DNA of 44,188 nucleotides from a virus (lineage: Duplodnaviria > Heunggongvirae > Uroviricota > Caudoviricetes). The stretch lies in IMG/VR virus record IMGVR_UViG_2541047701_000003; one strand, written 5' to 3'. The notes under the pieces were generated by a model, which had not been told where the DNA came from, searched no databases, and saw only the letters and a program-made list of their open reading frames with translations. How positions within the stretch are numbered: position 1 is the stretch's first letter; every line of letters starts with the position of its first letter. Positions 18,558 to 28,397 of this stretch are shown here, one piece after another. The position numbers were made by a program, and so were the translations under genes.

Positions 18558-18788
18558 ATGAAATTTTATGAATTATCTTCTGAGTCCCGATCTCAGGCCA
18601 AAATCACACTGGGTCAGTTGATTGTGGCTCGGGCTAACACCGGGATGGATGATTTTGAAAATTTGGGGCATTGCATCGCTGCCGCGTTTATTGCGATGGA
18701 GCGCCATGAAAGCGCCCCTGAGGTTGGTGAGGGGCGTAGCGGGAACGGAATACCCGTTAATGGCGATCAAAACTCACTTCTTGATTAA
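18558..18788 (+). CDS. Hypothetical small protein
   Basis: 76 aa from ATG with GGAG SD; 3' end overlaps convergent minus-strand gene by 15 nt. Confidence 0.4.
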   Translation: MKFYELSSESRSQAKITLGQLIVARANTGMDDFENLGHCIAAAFIAMERHESAPEVGEGRSGNGIPVNGDQNSLLD

Positions 18789-19052
18789 ATGCCATGAGCG
18801 ATCTGCCGCCTGGGTGACTAGCACCCGAGGGTTCTTTTTTATTGTCCCAGCGATGGCTACAACTTCATCTCGGACTGCGCGAGCAGATGCGTTTTTTTCG
18901 GCTGTGTACTCAGCGTCAGGAAGATAAAACCAGTTTCCAGCTCCATCTTGAATTTCGCGAAAGTATCTTCGGGATTCCATCGCCTCATGAAGGCGATTGT
19001 AGTCATCGGATGATGCACCCACAAGCTCAACGCGGACAGTAAAACTAGCCAT
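18774..19052 (-). CDS. Hypothetical protein, opposite orientation to late operon
   Basis: 92 aa from ATG with AAGGAG SD (MASFTVRVELVGASSDDYNRLHEAMESRRYF...). Confidence 0.5.
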   Translation of the reverse strand: MASFTVRVELVGASSDDYNRLHEAMESRRYFREIQDGAGNWFYLPDAEYTAEKNASARAVRDEVVAIAGTIKKNPRVLVTQAADRSWHLIKK

Positions 19053-19146
19053 ATATACTCCTTTAATTGATATGGTTACTTTTGGCGATTTAACGATATC
19101 AAACACGAGGATATACCGCCAGAAGCTTAATCTGGCACTCCATCTG

Positions 19147-19171
19147 GCCCCGGCATGTCCCGGGGCTTTTT
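19147..19171 (+). terminator. Rho-independent terminator upstream of the lysis cassette
   Basis: GCCCCGG-catgtc-CCGGGGC followed by TTTTT. Confidence 0.5.
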
Positions 19172-19269
19172 CGTTGTTAGGCTCCGGAAACATCCTCGAC
19201 TTCTTGTGAGCAAGCCTGAGAGCCTGAATCTTACATTTAGCACCATCCGAACTCTCGGAGGTGAGGCTT

Positions 19270-19611
19270 ATGAAAATGCACAATGCCCCTCATTCCTGGC
19301 CTGACTTACTGGAACTCTTACAAAGTTGGTGGCGTGGAGATACGCCGCTGGGCGCAGTGGTCATGTCAATTATTATGGCTGGTTTGCGCATTGCCTATTT
19401 TGGCGGTGGCGGCGGCTGGAAACGAAAAACGCTTGAGATTCTGCTTTGTGGTGCCCTGACGCTGACCTTTGCATCCGCGCTTGAGTACGTTGGATGGCCT
19501 AAATCACTTTCTGTTGCCATTGGTGGTGGGGTGGGGCTGATTGGTGTTGATGCTATTCGTGGTGCGGCAATGAGGGTCATCGGTAACAAGTTTGGTGCCC
19601 ATAAGGAGTAA
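19270..19611 (+). CDS. Holin with lambda-S-like dual start (MKM...)
   Basis: 113 aa; Met-Lys-Met start, hydrophobic segments, basic C-terminus; precedes endolysin; GGAGG SD. Confidence 0.55.
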   Translation: MKMHNAPHSWPDLLELLQSWWRGDTPLGAVVMSIIMAGLRIAYFGGGGGWKRKTLEILLCGALTLTFASALEYVGWPKSLSVAIGGGVGLIGVDAIRGAAMRVIGNKFGAHKE

Positions 19612-19614
19612 TTA

Positions 19615-20091
19615 ATGCAGACACTAAATTCCCAGCGTAAAGCTTTCCTTGATATGGTGGCATGGTCAGAAGGAACGGATAACGGACGGCAGAAAACCAG
19701 AAATCACGGTTATGATGTTATTGTCGGTGGCGAACTGTTCACTGATTACTCCGATCACCCCCGCAAACTTGTCACGCTAAATCCGAAACTCAAATCAACA
19801 GCCGCCGGACGTTACCAGCTTCTTTCACGCTGGTGGGATGCCTACCGCAAGCAACTTGGTCTGAAAGATTTTTCTCCAGAAAGCCAGGATGCTGTAGCGC
19901 TGCGGCAGATTAAAGAGCGTGGCGCTTTACCGATGATTGACCGCGGCGATATTCGTCAGGCAATTGACCGTTGCAGCAATATCTGGGCGTCGTTACCTGG
20001 TGCAGGTTACGGTCAGTATGAACATAGAATCGGTGACCTGATTGCCCGATTTAAAGAAGCGGGTGGGGTGGTAAATGAAGCTGAGATATAA
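19615..20091 (+). CDS. R: Endolysin, lambda R-like lytic transglycosylase
   Basis: 158 aa, near-identical to my recollection of lambda R (NSQRKAFLDMVAWSEGTDNGRQKTRNHGYDVIVGGELFTDYSDHPRK...). Confidence 0.85.
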   Translation: MQTLNSQRKAFLDMVAWSEGTDNGRQKTRNHGYDVIVGGELFTDYSDHPRKLVTLNPKLKSTAAGRYQLLSRWWDAYRKQLGLKDFSPESQDAVALRQIKERGALPMIDRGDIRQAIDRCSNIWASLPGAGYGQYEHRIGDLIARFKEAGGVVNEAEI

Positions 20092-20467
20092 GCTGGTTAT
20101 TGTTGCCTTCTTTGTTACCGTCATCGGTTTTTTTATCTGGTCTGCCGGGCATTACTACAGCAAATATCAGCACGAAAAGGAGCGTGCTGATGAGGCTGTA
20201 CGAAATGCTGAATCTGCAACAGCCATTACCAGTAACGTCCTGCAATCACTGCAAATCATCAATACAGTTATAGAGGCTAACCAGCATGCAAAACAGCAGA
20301 TCGCACTGGAGTCACAGAGAACCCAGGAAGATATCAAAGTGGCTGTTGCGGATGATGATTGCGCTGTTCGTATCGTTCCTTCTGGCGCAGTTAAGCGGTT
20401 GCACGAATACGCGAACGGTATACGTGTCGGTGCCGGTCGTTCCGTTACCAGCCAGTCTGACGGATGA
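20075..20467 (+). CDS. Rz: i-spanin (Rz-like)
   Basis: 130 aa, N-terminal TM segment, follows endolysin, contains embedded +1-frame lipoprotein ORF. Confidence 0.55.
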   Translation: MKLRYKLVIVAFFVTVIGFFIWSAGHYYSKYQHEKERADEAVRNAESATAITSNVLQSLQIINTVIEANQHAKQQIALESQRTQEDIKVAVADDDCAVRIVPSGAVKRLHEYANGIRVGAGRSVTSQSDG

Positions 20468-20630
20468 AACACCCCAGCCAGATTTACCCGACCCGTTTAC
20501 GTGGGGAGCCAGCCTTAACCTGAATGTTGCGTTGCTGTCAGCGTTAGCACAGTGCAACAGGGATAAGGCCGATATCAGGACTTTTGAGAAAAACAGGGCA
20601 GCACAAACTAATGGCACGATTAAACGTTGA
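20352..20630 (+). CDS. Rz1: o-spanin (Rz1-like lipoprotein), embedded/overlapping Rz
   Basis: Lipobox LAQLSGC and proline-rich mature region; start at internal ATG of the 20286 ORF. Confidence 0.5.
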   Translation: MMIALFVSFLLAQLSGCTNTRTVYVSVPVVPLPASLTDETPQPDLPDPFTWGASLNLNVALLSALAQCNRDKADIRTFEKNRAAQTNGTIKR

Positions 20631-20796
20631 AGTTATCCCACCAGACAGCGAAACGATGAACGGGATTTTTGCAGAGATTGAACGTAAATATGCGCATCAG
20701 CCGATGACGCCAAAAGTTATCGATGAAATGCAACGCGAAGCGGCGCGCCTTGTACGGCGAGCGACAAACACGAAGGTTACGTTCGTTCGGGACTGA
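20611..20796 (+). CDS. Hypothetical small protein
   Basis: 61 aa from ATG (MARLNVEVIPP...); weak RBS. Confidence 0.3.
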   Translation: MARLNVEVIPPDSETMNGIFAEIERKYAHQPMTPKVIDEMQREAARLVRRATNTKVTFVRD

Positions 20797-20853
20797 CATT
20801 ACAGAAGCTCCTTTGATAAGGGGCTTCGATAATGTCACTAAGAGGAAAAATTC

Positions 20854-21603
20854 ATGGCAAAACCGGACTGGGAGGCCATCGAATCGGCATACCGGGCCGG
20901 AGTCCTTAGCCTCCGTGATATAGGCGAGAAATACGGCGTAACAGAAGGGGCTATCAGGAAGAGGGCTAAAAAGCTTGGTTGGGTACGCAGTGGCGGTACG
21001 CAGGTTTGCAAAAATGGTACGCAAAAAAGAAAAGTGCGTACCAGCAGAAAGCCTGCCATTACTGGCCTTACACAAAAAGGTACGCAACCAAAAACAGAAG
21101 CTACACCGGATACGAAACCGATACGCGGAATGCGTACCGATCCCCCGACTAACCCATTCCAACCCGGTAACCAGCAGGCATTAAAACACGGTGGTTATGC
21201 CCGTCGCCTTCTGCTCAAAGATGAGGTGATAGAGGACGCTAAAGCGTTGACGCTCGAGGACGAATTATTTCGCCTTCGTGCTAACAACCTTGTCGCTGCA
21301 GAGAATATTGGTCGGTGGCTGGTGTCGCTGGAAGATGCTAATGGGGACCAGGAAAGGAAGATGCTGATGGAAAATATCAGCGCCGCCGAGAAAGCAATGA
21401 TGCGCAATACAGTTCGTATTGAGTCCATCGTTGGCACGCTTGCGACGGTAGGAAAAATATTTGCTGATACAGCCTACCGCAAGGCCGCCACTGATAAGGT
21501 GTCTCTGGAGGCTGATCGTCTTCGCCGTGATGCAGGTATTGATGATGGCAATGGAGAGCGTGACCTCAATGACTTCTACTCTGACATCCAAACCGACGCT
21601 TAA
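20854..21603 (+). CDS. Terminase small subunit
   Basis: 249 aa, N-terminal HTH-like region, immediately upstream of and overlapping large terminase; AGAGGA SD. Confidence 0.55.
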   Translation: MAKPDWEAIESAYRAGVLSLRDIGEKYGVTEGAIRKRAKKLGWVRSGGTQVCKNGTQKRKVRTSRKPAITGLTQKGTQPKTEATPDTKPIRGMRTDPPTNPFQPGNQQALKHGGYARRLLLKDEVIEDAKALTLEDELFRLRANNLVAAENIGRWLVSLEDANGDQERKMLMENISAAEKAMMRNTVRIESIVGTLATVGKIFADTAYRKAATDKVSLEADRLRRDAGIDDGNGERDLNDFYSDIQTDA

Positions 21604-22972
21604 TCCGGCTTTACGTAGTTTCTGGACTACGCGGGCACGTAACAAAGTGCTTTATGGTGGCCGGTCATCGTCAAAATCATGGGATGCCGCTGGCATTGCC
21701 ATATTTCTGTCGAATAAATACACCCTGCGTTTTTGTTGTGCCCGTCAGATCCAGAACAAAATCGAAGAGTCGGTGTATACCCTGCTCAAAATTCAGATAG
21801 ACAGGTTTGGCCTGCGGCACCGTTTCCGTATTCTGAACAACAAAATCATTAACCGGGTTACAGGCTCGGAATTTGTTTTTTATGGATTATGGCGCAACAT
21901 CGAAGAAATTAAGTCACTGGAGGGGATCGATGTGTTGTGGCTGGAAGAAGCCCACGCACTGACGGAATACCAGTGGAAAATTCTGGAGCCAACGATCCGT
22001 AAAGAGGGGTCGGAATGCTGGTTCATATTCAACCCCGGACTTGTTACTGATTTCGTCTGGCGCAACTTCGTTGTTGATCCGCCCGAAGGCACTCTCATCC
22101 GCAAAATTAACTATGACGAAAATCCGTTTCTGTCTGACACCATGCTTAAGGTTATCGACGCGGCGCGACGCCGTGATCCGGATGGTTTTAAACATGTGTA
22201 TGAGGGCGTTCCGGAGTCTGATGATGATGCGGCAATCATCAAACTGTCCTGGATAGAAGCCGCAGTGGATGCGCACAAAACGTTAAATTTCGAACCCAGT
22301 GGAAGAAAGCGTATTGGCTTTGACGTGGCTGACAGTGGTACAGATAAGTGCGCTAACGTTTACCGTCACGGATCCGTTGTTTTCTGGGCCGACGAATGGA
22401 AGGCCAAAGAAGATGAATTACTGAAGAGCTGCCAGCGTACTTATCAGGCGGCGCTGGAGCGTGAAGCAGATATTGTTTACGACTCTATCGGTGTTGGTGC
22501 GTCTGCCGGTGCTAAATTCTCTGAAATTAACGCTGACCGGAAGAGCGAGAATGCATACGCGAGACGTGTGAATTACCAGAGGTTTAACGCCGGTGCTGGT
22601 GTGCATGAGCCAGATGACGAATACAACGGCATCCCCAACAAAGACTTTTTCGCAAATCTTAAGGCTCAGGCATGGTGGCTGGTGGCTGACCGTTTCAGAA
22701 ATACGTTTAACGCCATTAACAACGGAGAACAGTATCCTGTGGATGAGCTGATCAGCATAGATTCTCGTTGTCCGTTGCTTGAAAAGCTGAAACTGGAACT
22801 GACAACACCTCATCGCGATTTTGACCGTAACGGACGTGTGATGGTCGAAAGTAAAAAAGACCTCGCAAAACGCGAGATACCGTCACCAAACGTTGCTGAC
22901 GCATTCATTATGGCCTTCGCGCCAATTGATACATCGCTGGATATCTGGGAACAGCTGGGGAGACAGGCCTGA
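21569..22972 (+). CDS. Terminase large subunit (start uncertain; ORF opens at 21461)
   Basis: VLYGGRSSSKSWDAAG Walker A-like motif near N-terminus, C-terminal nuclease-like region. Confidence 0.8.
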   Translation: MTSTLTSKPTLNPALRSFWTTRARNKVLYGGRSSSKSWDAAGIAIFLSNKYTLRFCCARQIQNKIEESVYTLLKIQIDRFGLRHRFRILNNKIINRVTGSEFVFYGLWRNIEEIKSLEGIDVLWLEEAHALTEYQWKILEPTIRKEGSECWFIFNPGLVTDFVWRNFVVDPPEGTLIRKINYDENPFLSDTMLKVIDAARRRDPDGFKHVYEGVPESDDDAAIIKLSWIEAAVDAHKTLNFEPSGRKRIGFDVADSGTDKCANVYRHGSVVFWADEWKAKEDELLKSCQRTYQAALEREADIVYDSIGVGASAGAKFSEINADRKSENAYARRVNYQRFNAGAGVHEPDDEYNGIPNKDFFANLKAQAWWLVADRFRNTFNAINNGEQYPVDELISIDSRCPLLEKLKLELTTPHRDFDRNGRVMVESKKDLAKREIPSPNVADAFIMAFAPIDTSLDIWEQLGRQA

Positions 22973-24438
22973 TGGCACGAAACAAACAAGCCCTGCGGCG
23001 AACTGCGCAGGCCACAGCTGATGGTTATGAGAATTTTATTGCCCGCGTAGGGATGCAGACACCTAACCAGCACTCAGCATCCACCTACCGGGCTAATTTC
23101 ACCAGTCGTAACCGCATGCTGGTGGAATGGTCCTATCGTTCGTCCTGGATCATCGGCGAAGCAGTCGATGCTATCCCGGATGATATGACCCGCAAAGGCA
23201 TTCGCATCACTTCGGAAATTGATGCAAAAGATCGCGGCATTCTCGAATCACAACTGGATGAGTTGCAAATCTGGGATGCACTGAACGACGTGCTGAAATG
23301 GTCGCGCCTCTATGGCGGCGCGGTGGGTTTCATCATGATTGAGGGGCAGGCACCAATGACCCCTCTGCGACCCGAAACCATCGGTAAAGGCAAGTTTAAG
23401 GGGATTCTCCCGCTCGACCGCTGGATGATTGACCCGGTACTGACCCGCCGCATTAAAGATATGGGGCCGGACCTGGGTAAACCTGAGTTTTACGATGTGG
23501 TGACCACAGCAACGGGAATTCCTGCCTGGCGCATTCATCACAGTCGCCTGATTCGCTTTGATGGCGTCACGCTGCCATTTCAGCAGAAGATGACTGAGAA
23601 CGAATGGGGAATGTCGGTTGTAGAGCGTATCTGGGATCGTCTTACCGCGTTCGACAGCGCTACTGTCGGTGCGGCGCAGCTGGTCTACAAGGCGCATCTG
23701 CGTACCTACAGCGTGGAGAAGCTACGTGAGCTTATCGCACTTGGTGGTCCTGCGTATGAAGCGTTGCTGAAGAATATCGACCTGATTCGACAGTTCCAGA
23801 GTAATGAAGGCATGACGCTCATGGACTCGCGGGATAAGTTTGAAACCCATCAGTACAGTTTCAGTGGTCTGGATGACATCCTTTCGCAGTTTGCAGAACA
23901 GATTAGTGGCGCTGTTGGTATTCCACTGGTGCGGCTGTTTGGACAGTCCCCGAAAGGATTTTCTACCGGTGATGCAGACCTTGCCAACTATTACGACCGG
24001 GTAAGCTCGCTGCAGGAGAGGCGTTTACGTCTTCCGGTGCGGCGGATACTGGACATCATGCATCGCTCGGAACTTGGCAAGCCGCTGCCGGACGATTTCA
24101 CGTTTGAGTTTAACCCGCTCTGGCAAATGTCTGATGTCGATCGCTCAACGGTGGCGTTAAACACTACCAACGCAATCAGTACGGCGCTGGGTGATGGTCT
24201 GATGACACTGAAAGCCGCTATGACTGATTTGCGCGAAAATTCTGACGTAACCGGCATCGGGGCATCCATTACCGACGAGGACATCGAGAATGCCGAAGAT
24301 GAAGCGCCGCCCGGCATCGGCGAACCTGATGACGAACCGCAGGAACCGTCAGGCGGAAATCCGCTATCGAACCAGCCTACGCAGGATAGCGCGGGCGGTC
24401 GGAGACATCGTAAATGGTCGCTACGATGGTTCAAATGA
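22972..24438 (+). CDS. Portal protein
   Basis: 488 aa directly after terminase; size and position typical; C-terminal 50 aa overlap the next gene. Confidence 0.7.
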   Translation: MARNKQALRRTAQATADGYENFIARVGMQTPNQHSASTYRANFTSRNRMLVEWSYRSSWIIGEAVDAIPDDMTRKGIRITSEIDAKDRGILESQLDELQIWDALNDVLKWSRLYGGAVGFIMIEGQAPMTPLRPETIGKGKFKGILPLDRWMIDPVLTRRIKDMGPDLGKPEFYDVVTTATGIPAWRIHHSRLIRFDGVTLPFQQKMTENEWGMSVVERIWDRLTAFDSATVGAAQLVYKAHLRTYSVEKLRELIALGGPAYEALLKNIDLIRQFQSNEGMTLMDSRDKFETHQYSFSGLDDILSQFAEQISGAVGIPLVRLFGQSPKGFSTGDADLANYYDRVSSLQERRLRLPVRRILDIMHRSELGKPLPDDFTFEFNPLWQMSDVDRSTVALNTTNAISTALGDGLMTLKAAMTDLRENSDVTGIGASITDEDIENAEDEAPPGIGEPDDEPQEPSGGNPLSNQPTQDSAGGRRHRKWSLRWFK

Positions 24439-25063
24439 CAGTATCACGGAAATTATTGAGGCGCTGGAACGCTACAGTGAAATCATCACCCCCTGGGCGA
24501 CAAAGGTCGCGGAAAACTTTACTGCGGACCTAACCCGGCAGAACGAGAAAGTTTGGCGGCAACACAGCAAGAACATCAGTCGCGAGCTCCGCAATCTTGT
24601 GGAAAGCGCTCCTGTGGGCCAGGTGATGCAATCCATCATCGCCGAACAGGTCAAGTACATCAAATCGCTCCCCCTCGAGGCGGCTGACAGGGTGTACGAC
24701 ATCCAGAATCGGGCGATAGAAGCTGTTGTGACCGGTGGGAGAGCAGAACATTTTGCTAAAGAAATAGCCGCATCGGGTGATATAGCAAAGTCCAGAGCTG
24801 ACCTGATTGCCCGTACTGAACTTGGACGTGCAACCGGCGCGCTGGATCAGGCGCGTGCGCTGTCAATTGGTTCGAATGGTTATATCTGGCGTACAGCCGA
24901 AGATGGTGACGTCAGGCATTCTCATCGGGAAATGGAAGGTAAATTTGTCGAATGGGGCAAACCTCCAACGCTTGACGGCATGACCGGTCACGCTGGCGAG
25001 CTCCCGAATTGTCGCTGTTATAAAGAAATCGTTTTTCCCACCTCCCAATCTTATCCCGCCTGA
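24290..25063 (+). CDS. Head morphogenesis protein (SPP1 gp7/Mu F-like minor head protein); start uncertain
   Basis: 257 aa; follows portal; family recognised by gene order and composition. Confidence 0.6.
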   Translation: MPKMKRRPASANLMTNRRNRQAEIRYRTSLRRIARAVGDIVNGRYDGSNDSITEIIEALERYSEIITPWATKVAENFTADLTRQNEKVWRQHSKNISRELRNLVESAPVGQVMQSIIAEQVKYIKSLPLEAADRVYDIQNRAIEAVVTGGRAEHFAKEIAASGDIAKSRADLIARTELGRATGALDQARALSIGSNGYIWRTAEDGDVRHSHREMEGKFVEWGKPPTLDGMTGHAGELPNCRCYKEIVFPTSQSYPA

Positions 25064-25077
25064 ATCGCAGGTAACAC

Positions 25078-26298
25078 ATGAAATATTTTTTCAATACCCG
25101 GCTGGGGGAAACCCGCTATCAGCTGGCTGACGGCTCGTTGCTGTGCAGAGACGTGCCGATAGGACGAACAGGTAAGCAGCTCTATGGTGCTGATGACTTG
25201 CCAAAACTGAAACCCGATAAGTTCGGTGAAATAGTCGTCACGCGTTCTCCTGAGCAGGTATTCCATCCGGCCACGCTTGCCTCATTCGAAGGGATGAGCA
25301 TCACGATTCTGCATCCTGAAGATGAAAACGGGAATGTGCGGCTGGTAAATCCCGAGAACTGGAAAGAGCTTGCTGTCGGGCACCTCCAGAATGTCCGGCG
25401 CGGGACGGGTGAGCAGTCTGATTTGATGCTGGCTGATCTTATCGTCAAAGACGAAAACGCCATTCAGCTTATCGAAGATGGCCTGCGCGAAGTGTCGTGC
25501 GGCTATGACGCGGAGTACGAGCAGACCGAGCCAGGTAAAGCTGAGCAGGTCGATATTACCGGAAACCATGTGGCTCTTGTCCCTAAAGGCAGAGCCGGAA
25601 ATCGTTGTGCAATTGGAGACAGAGACACAATGGCAAATCAAAAGAAAAACTGGTGGAACCGCATGCGTGCGGCCATCAAGACAGGAGATGCCGACACCAT
25701 GAACGAACTGGTGGAGTCGGCTCCCGCATCGGTTACAGGAGATGAGGGGGATTTGCCGCAGGGCGTTAATCTCAACATCAACCTGTCCCCGCAGCAACCA
25801 CTACCGGACAAAGCACCAGAGATGGGTGGAGGTCCAACCGGCGACAGTGATGATGACCTCAAAACATTACTGAAAGCCCTGCTGGCTAAGCTGGAAGGAC
25901 ATGCGACGGGCGATAACGATAATAAACCTGACGATAATCCGACCGGTGACGGCGAGGACGATGAAGAGGAAACCACGATTACTGGTGACTCAGCCTGGCG
26001 TGCCGAAGTTATCGTTCCGGGTATCGATCTGAGCCGTAAGATAAAACCGACCGCGTTCAAACGCGAGGTTCTGGCTTCCGCAGATAAAACGCTGGTTCGC
26101 CAGATCGTCGGTGATGCGGATATCCGCAAATTACCGAAACAATCGGTCGACATGGCGTTTAATGCCGTGTCTGAGATTGCCAAAGGGCGAAACACCCGCG
26201 CCACCACCGGCGATGCACAGCGCCTAAACATGGGCATGACCAGTATCGCTTCCCTGAACAAACAAAACGCTGAATTCTGGGCAAACCGTAAAGGGTAA
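25078..26298 (+). CDS. Putative scaffolding/prohead protease-like protein
   Basis: 406 aa with long acidic Gly/Asp/Pro-rich linker; between morphogenesis protein and capsid genes. Confidence 0.4.
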   Translation: MKYFFNTRLGETRYQLADGSLLCRDVPIGRTGKQLYGADDLPKLKPDKFGEIVVTRSPEQVFHPATLASFEGMSITILHPEDENGNVRLVNPENWKELAVGHLQNVRRGTGEQSDLMLADLIVKDENAIQLIEDGLREVSCGYDAEYEQTEPGKAEQVDITGNHVALVPKGRAGNRCAIGDRDTMANQKKNWWNRMRAAIKTGDADTMNELVESAPASVTGDEGDLPQGVNLNINLSPQQPLPDKAPEMGGGPTGDSDDDLKTLLKALLAKLEGHATGDNDNKPDDNPTGDGEDDEEETTITGDSAWRAEVIVPGIDLSRKIKPTAFKREVLASADKTLVRQIVGDADIRKLPKQSVDMAFNAVSEIAKGRNTRATTGDAQRLNMGMTSIASLNKQNAEFWANRKG

Positions 26299-26301
26299 AA
26301 A

Positions 26302-26808
26302 ATGAATAATGTATTTCTGTACCGGATGCCTGTTGGCATTGCCGGGGCTGTCTCTCGCCCGCAGGACTTAACCGTCGAACCGGTGGTCCTTAAATCCGAT
26401 AACGCCTTCGCTGCCTATGGCCTGGCTGGTAAATACGATGATGACGGTTTTTTCGTGCCGCTGGCAGATGGTGATACCGCAGACAAGGTGAAGGGGATCT
26501 ACGTGCGCCCTTATCCGACCACGTCGCAGCCGGACATGGTTCGCCAGGTGGGAACAGGCAAGAACTTCCCGGGAGACGCCATGAAGCGTGGCTACGTGAC
26601 TGTTAATCTCGGTTCTGATTTTGATGCCAGCACCATCAAAAAAGGCGACCCGGTATACGTTGTCGTCTCCACTGATGAATCCATCAAAGTGCCGCTGGGG
26701 GGATTCATGTCCACGTCAGTCAGTGGCAAAAATGTGGTGCTGACCAACGCTGAATTCACAGGTGCCGGTGATGCTGACGGCAATGCAGAAATTTCCTGGA
26801 AGATTTAA
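26302..26808 (+). CDS. Putative head structural/decoration protein
   Basis: 168 aa immediately upstream of major capsid gene. Confidence 0.4.
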   Translation: MNNVFLYRMPVGIAGAVSRPQDLTVEPVVLKSDNAFAAYGLAGKYDDDGFFVPLADGDTADKVKGIYVRPYPTTSQPDMVRQVGTGKNFPGDAMKRGYVTVNLGSDFDASTIKKGDPVYVVVSTDESIKVPLGGFMSTSVSGKNVVLTNAEFTGAGDADGNAEISWKI

Positions 26809-26819
26809 GGAACAGACGA

Positions 26820-27761
26820 ATGATTACTTTTGATCAGGCAACCGTTGACAGCTCTGGTGCCTTTCTCATCGGGGAGCTGGAGCGACTCGACCAGACGCTG
26901 AACCTGCCACTGGTGGGGTACACCTGGACCCGCGATATTCAGTTGCGTGAAGATGTCTCTATCGCAGATGACATTTCCAGCTGGACGAATACCAGCTTCG
27001 CCGCTGCGGGTACTGGTGCAAATCCGAATGGCAAAAACTGGGTAGGCAAAGACTCAACCGCTATTGCTGGCGTAAACGTGAATATCGGCAAATCCGGTAA
27101 CCCGCTGAACCTGTGGGGGATGGAACTTGGCTGGACGGTCATAGAATTGCAGGCTGCTCAGCAGGTCGGACGCCCGATTGATACGCAGAAGTATGACGGG
27201 ATGCAACTGAAATGGCAGATGGATAACGATGAACAGGTATATGTTGGCGATTCAGCGTTAAACCTGAAAGGCCTTGTTACCCTGGACGGCGTGCCTGTCA
27301 ACAACGCTGCCAAAACGTGGGCAACCTCAACACCGGACGAAATCCGCGCAAGCATTAACCAGGTGCTGTCTGATGCGTGGGCCGCTTCTGGTTACTCTGT
27401 GGTTCCGCGTGATTTGCTGATCCCGCCTGAGCAGTTTGCTCTGTTGTCCAGCATCATCGTTTCATCTGCGGGTAACCAGTCCCTGTTGACGTACCTTCAG
27501 ACCAACACCATCAGCTATCACCAGAACGGTGTTCCGCTGAATATCCGCGCGGTTAAATGGCTGAAAGGCCGTGGTGTGGGGAATAAGGATCGCATGGTTG
27601 CGTACACCAACGATAAAAAATACGTCCGCTACCCGCAGGTTCCGCTTCAGAGCGTGCCGGTGCAGTATCGCGGTCTGTATCAGATCGTCACTTACTACGG
27701 CAAGCTGGGTGCAGTCGAGCCAGTGTACAAAGAAACCATTTCGTACGTTGATGGCATTTAA
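26820..27761 (+). CDS. Putative major capsid protein
   Basis: 313 aa; position after scaffold-like gene; strong expected expression context. Confidence 0.55.
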   Translation: MITFDQATVDSSGAFLIGELERLDQTLNLPLVGYTWTRDIQLREDVSIADDISSWTNTSFAAAGTGANPNGKNWVGKDSTAIAGVNVNIGKSGNPLNLWGMELGWTVIELQAAQQVGRPIDTQKYDGMQLKWQMDNDEQVYVGDSALNLKGLVTLDGVPVNNAAKTWATSTPDEIRASINQVLSDAWAASGYSVVPRDLLIPPEQFALLSSIIVSSAGNQSLLTYLQTNTISYHQNGVPLNIRAVKWLKGRGVGNKDRMVAYTNDKKYVRYPQVPLQSVPVQYRGLYQIVTYYGKLGAVEPVYKETISYVDGI

Positions 27762-27802
27762 CAGCCATATGGCCCCCTGGCGGGGCCATTAAGGATGACC
27801 CG

Positions 27803-28024
27803 ATGGCAAAAAATAATGCAGTAATACACGTACATACCCCGTTTGTGCTCACGCTTCCCGACGGTTCGCGGCGCGAGTTTGTTAAAGGCCGTCATGCTGT
27901 GGAGGAAGACGTTGCCACGCACTGGTTCACTCGTGCGCACGCGGAAGTATCCGTTGGCAAAGCCACAGACGCGCGTAACGAGGTAAAAAATGCCAAAGAA
28001 TCAAAGTCTGCCAGCGGTAAGTGA
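27803..28024 (+). CDS. Hypothetical small structural-module protein
   Basis: 73-aa ORF. Confidence 0.35.
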   Translation: MAKNNAVIHVHTPFVLTLPDGSRREFVKGRHAVEEDVATHWFTRAHAEVSVGKATDARNEVKNAKESKSASGK

Positions 28025-28397
28025 TTTTCGCCGCGACTTCCCGCAGTTTGCTGACCCTGCCAAATATCCCGAAGCGCAAATCCAGTTTCGTCTGAATCTG
28101 GCCGATGAACTGCTGAGCGAAAACGTCACCGGCAAAAAGTTGTTTCCGTACTTTGCCGGATTGTTCGTTGCACACTACATGACGCTCTGGGCGGCAGACA
28201 GCCGGGCGATGCTGGCTGGCGGGCCGGGCGGTTCAACCAATGGTGTTCAGTCCTCAAAGTCCGTGGATAAGGTAAGCGTCAGTTATGACACCAGCGCGAC
28301 GCTGAATCCTGATGCAGGTTTCTGGAATAACACCCGATATGGCGCTGAATTTTATCAGTTGATCACGATGTTCGGTGCAGGTGGTCGCCAGCTATGA
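27990..28397 (+). CDS. Putative head-tail connector protein
   Basis: 135 aa, GAGGT SD, in head-tail joining block. Confidence 0.4.
   Translation: MPKNQSLPAVSDFRRDFPQFADPAKYPEAQIQFRLNLADELLSENVTGKKLFPYFAGLFVAHYMTLWAADSRAMLAGGPGGSTNGVQSSKSVDKVSVSYDTSATLNPDAGFWNNTRYGAEFYQLITMFGAGGRQL

Noticed and set aside
25638-26339. 233-aa minus-strand ORF
   Set aside because: Lies entirely antisense to the scaffold/protease-like gene within a coupled plus-strand structural operon; Ser/Pro-rich low-complexity translation typical of antisense artefacts.
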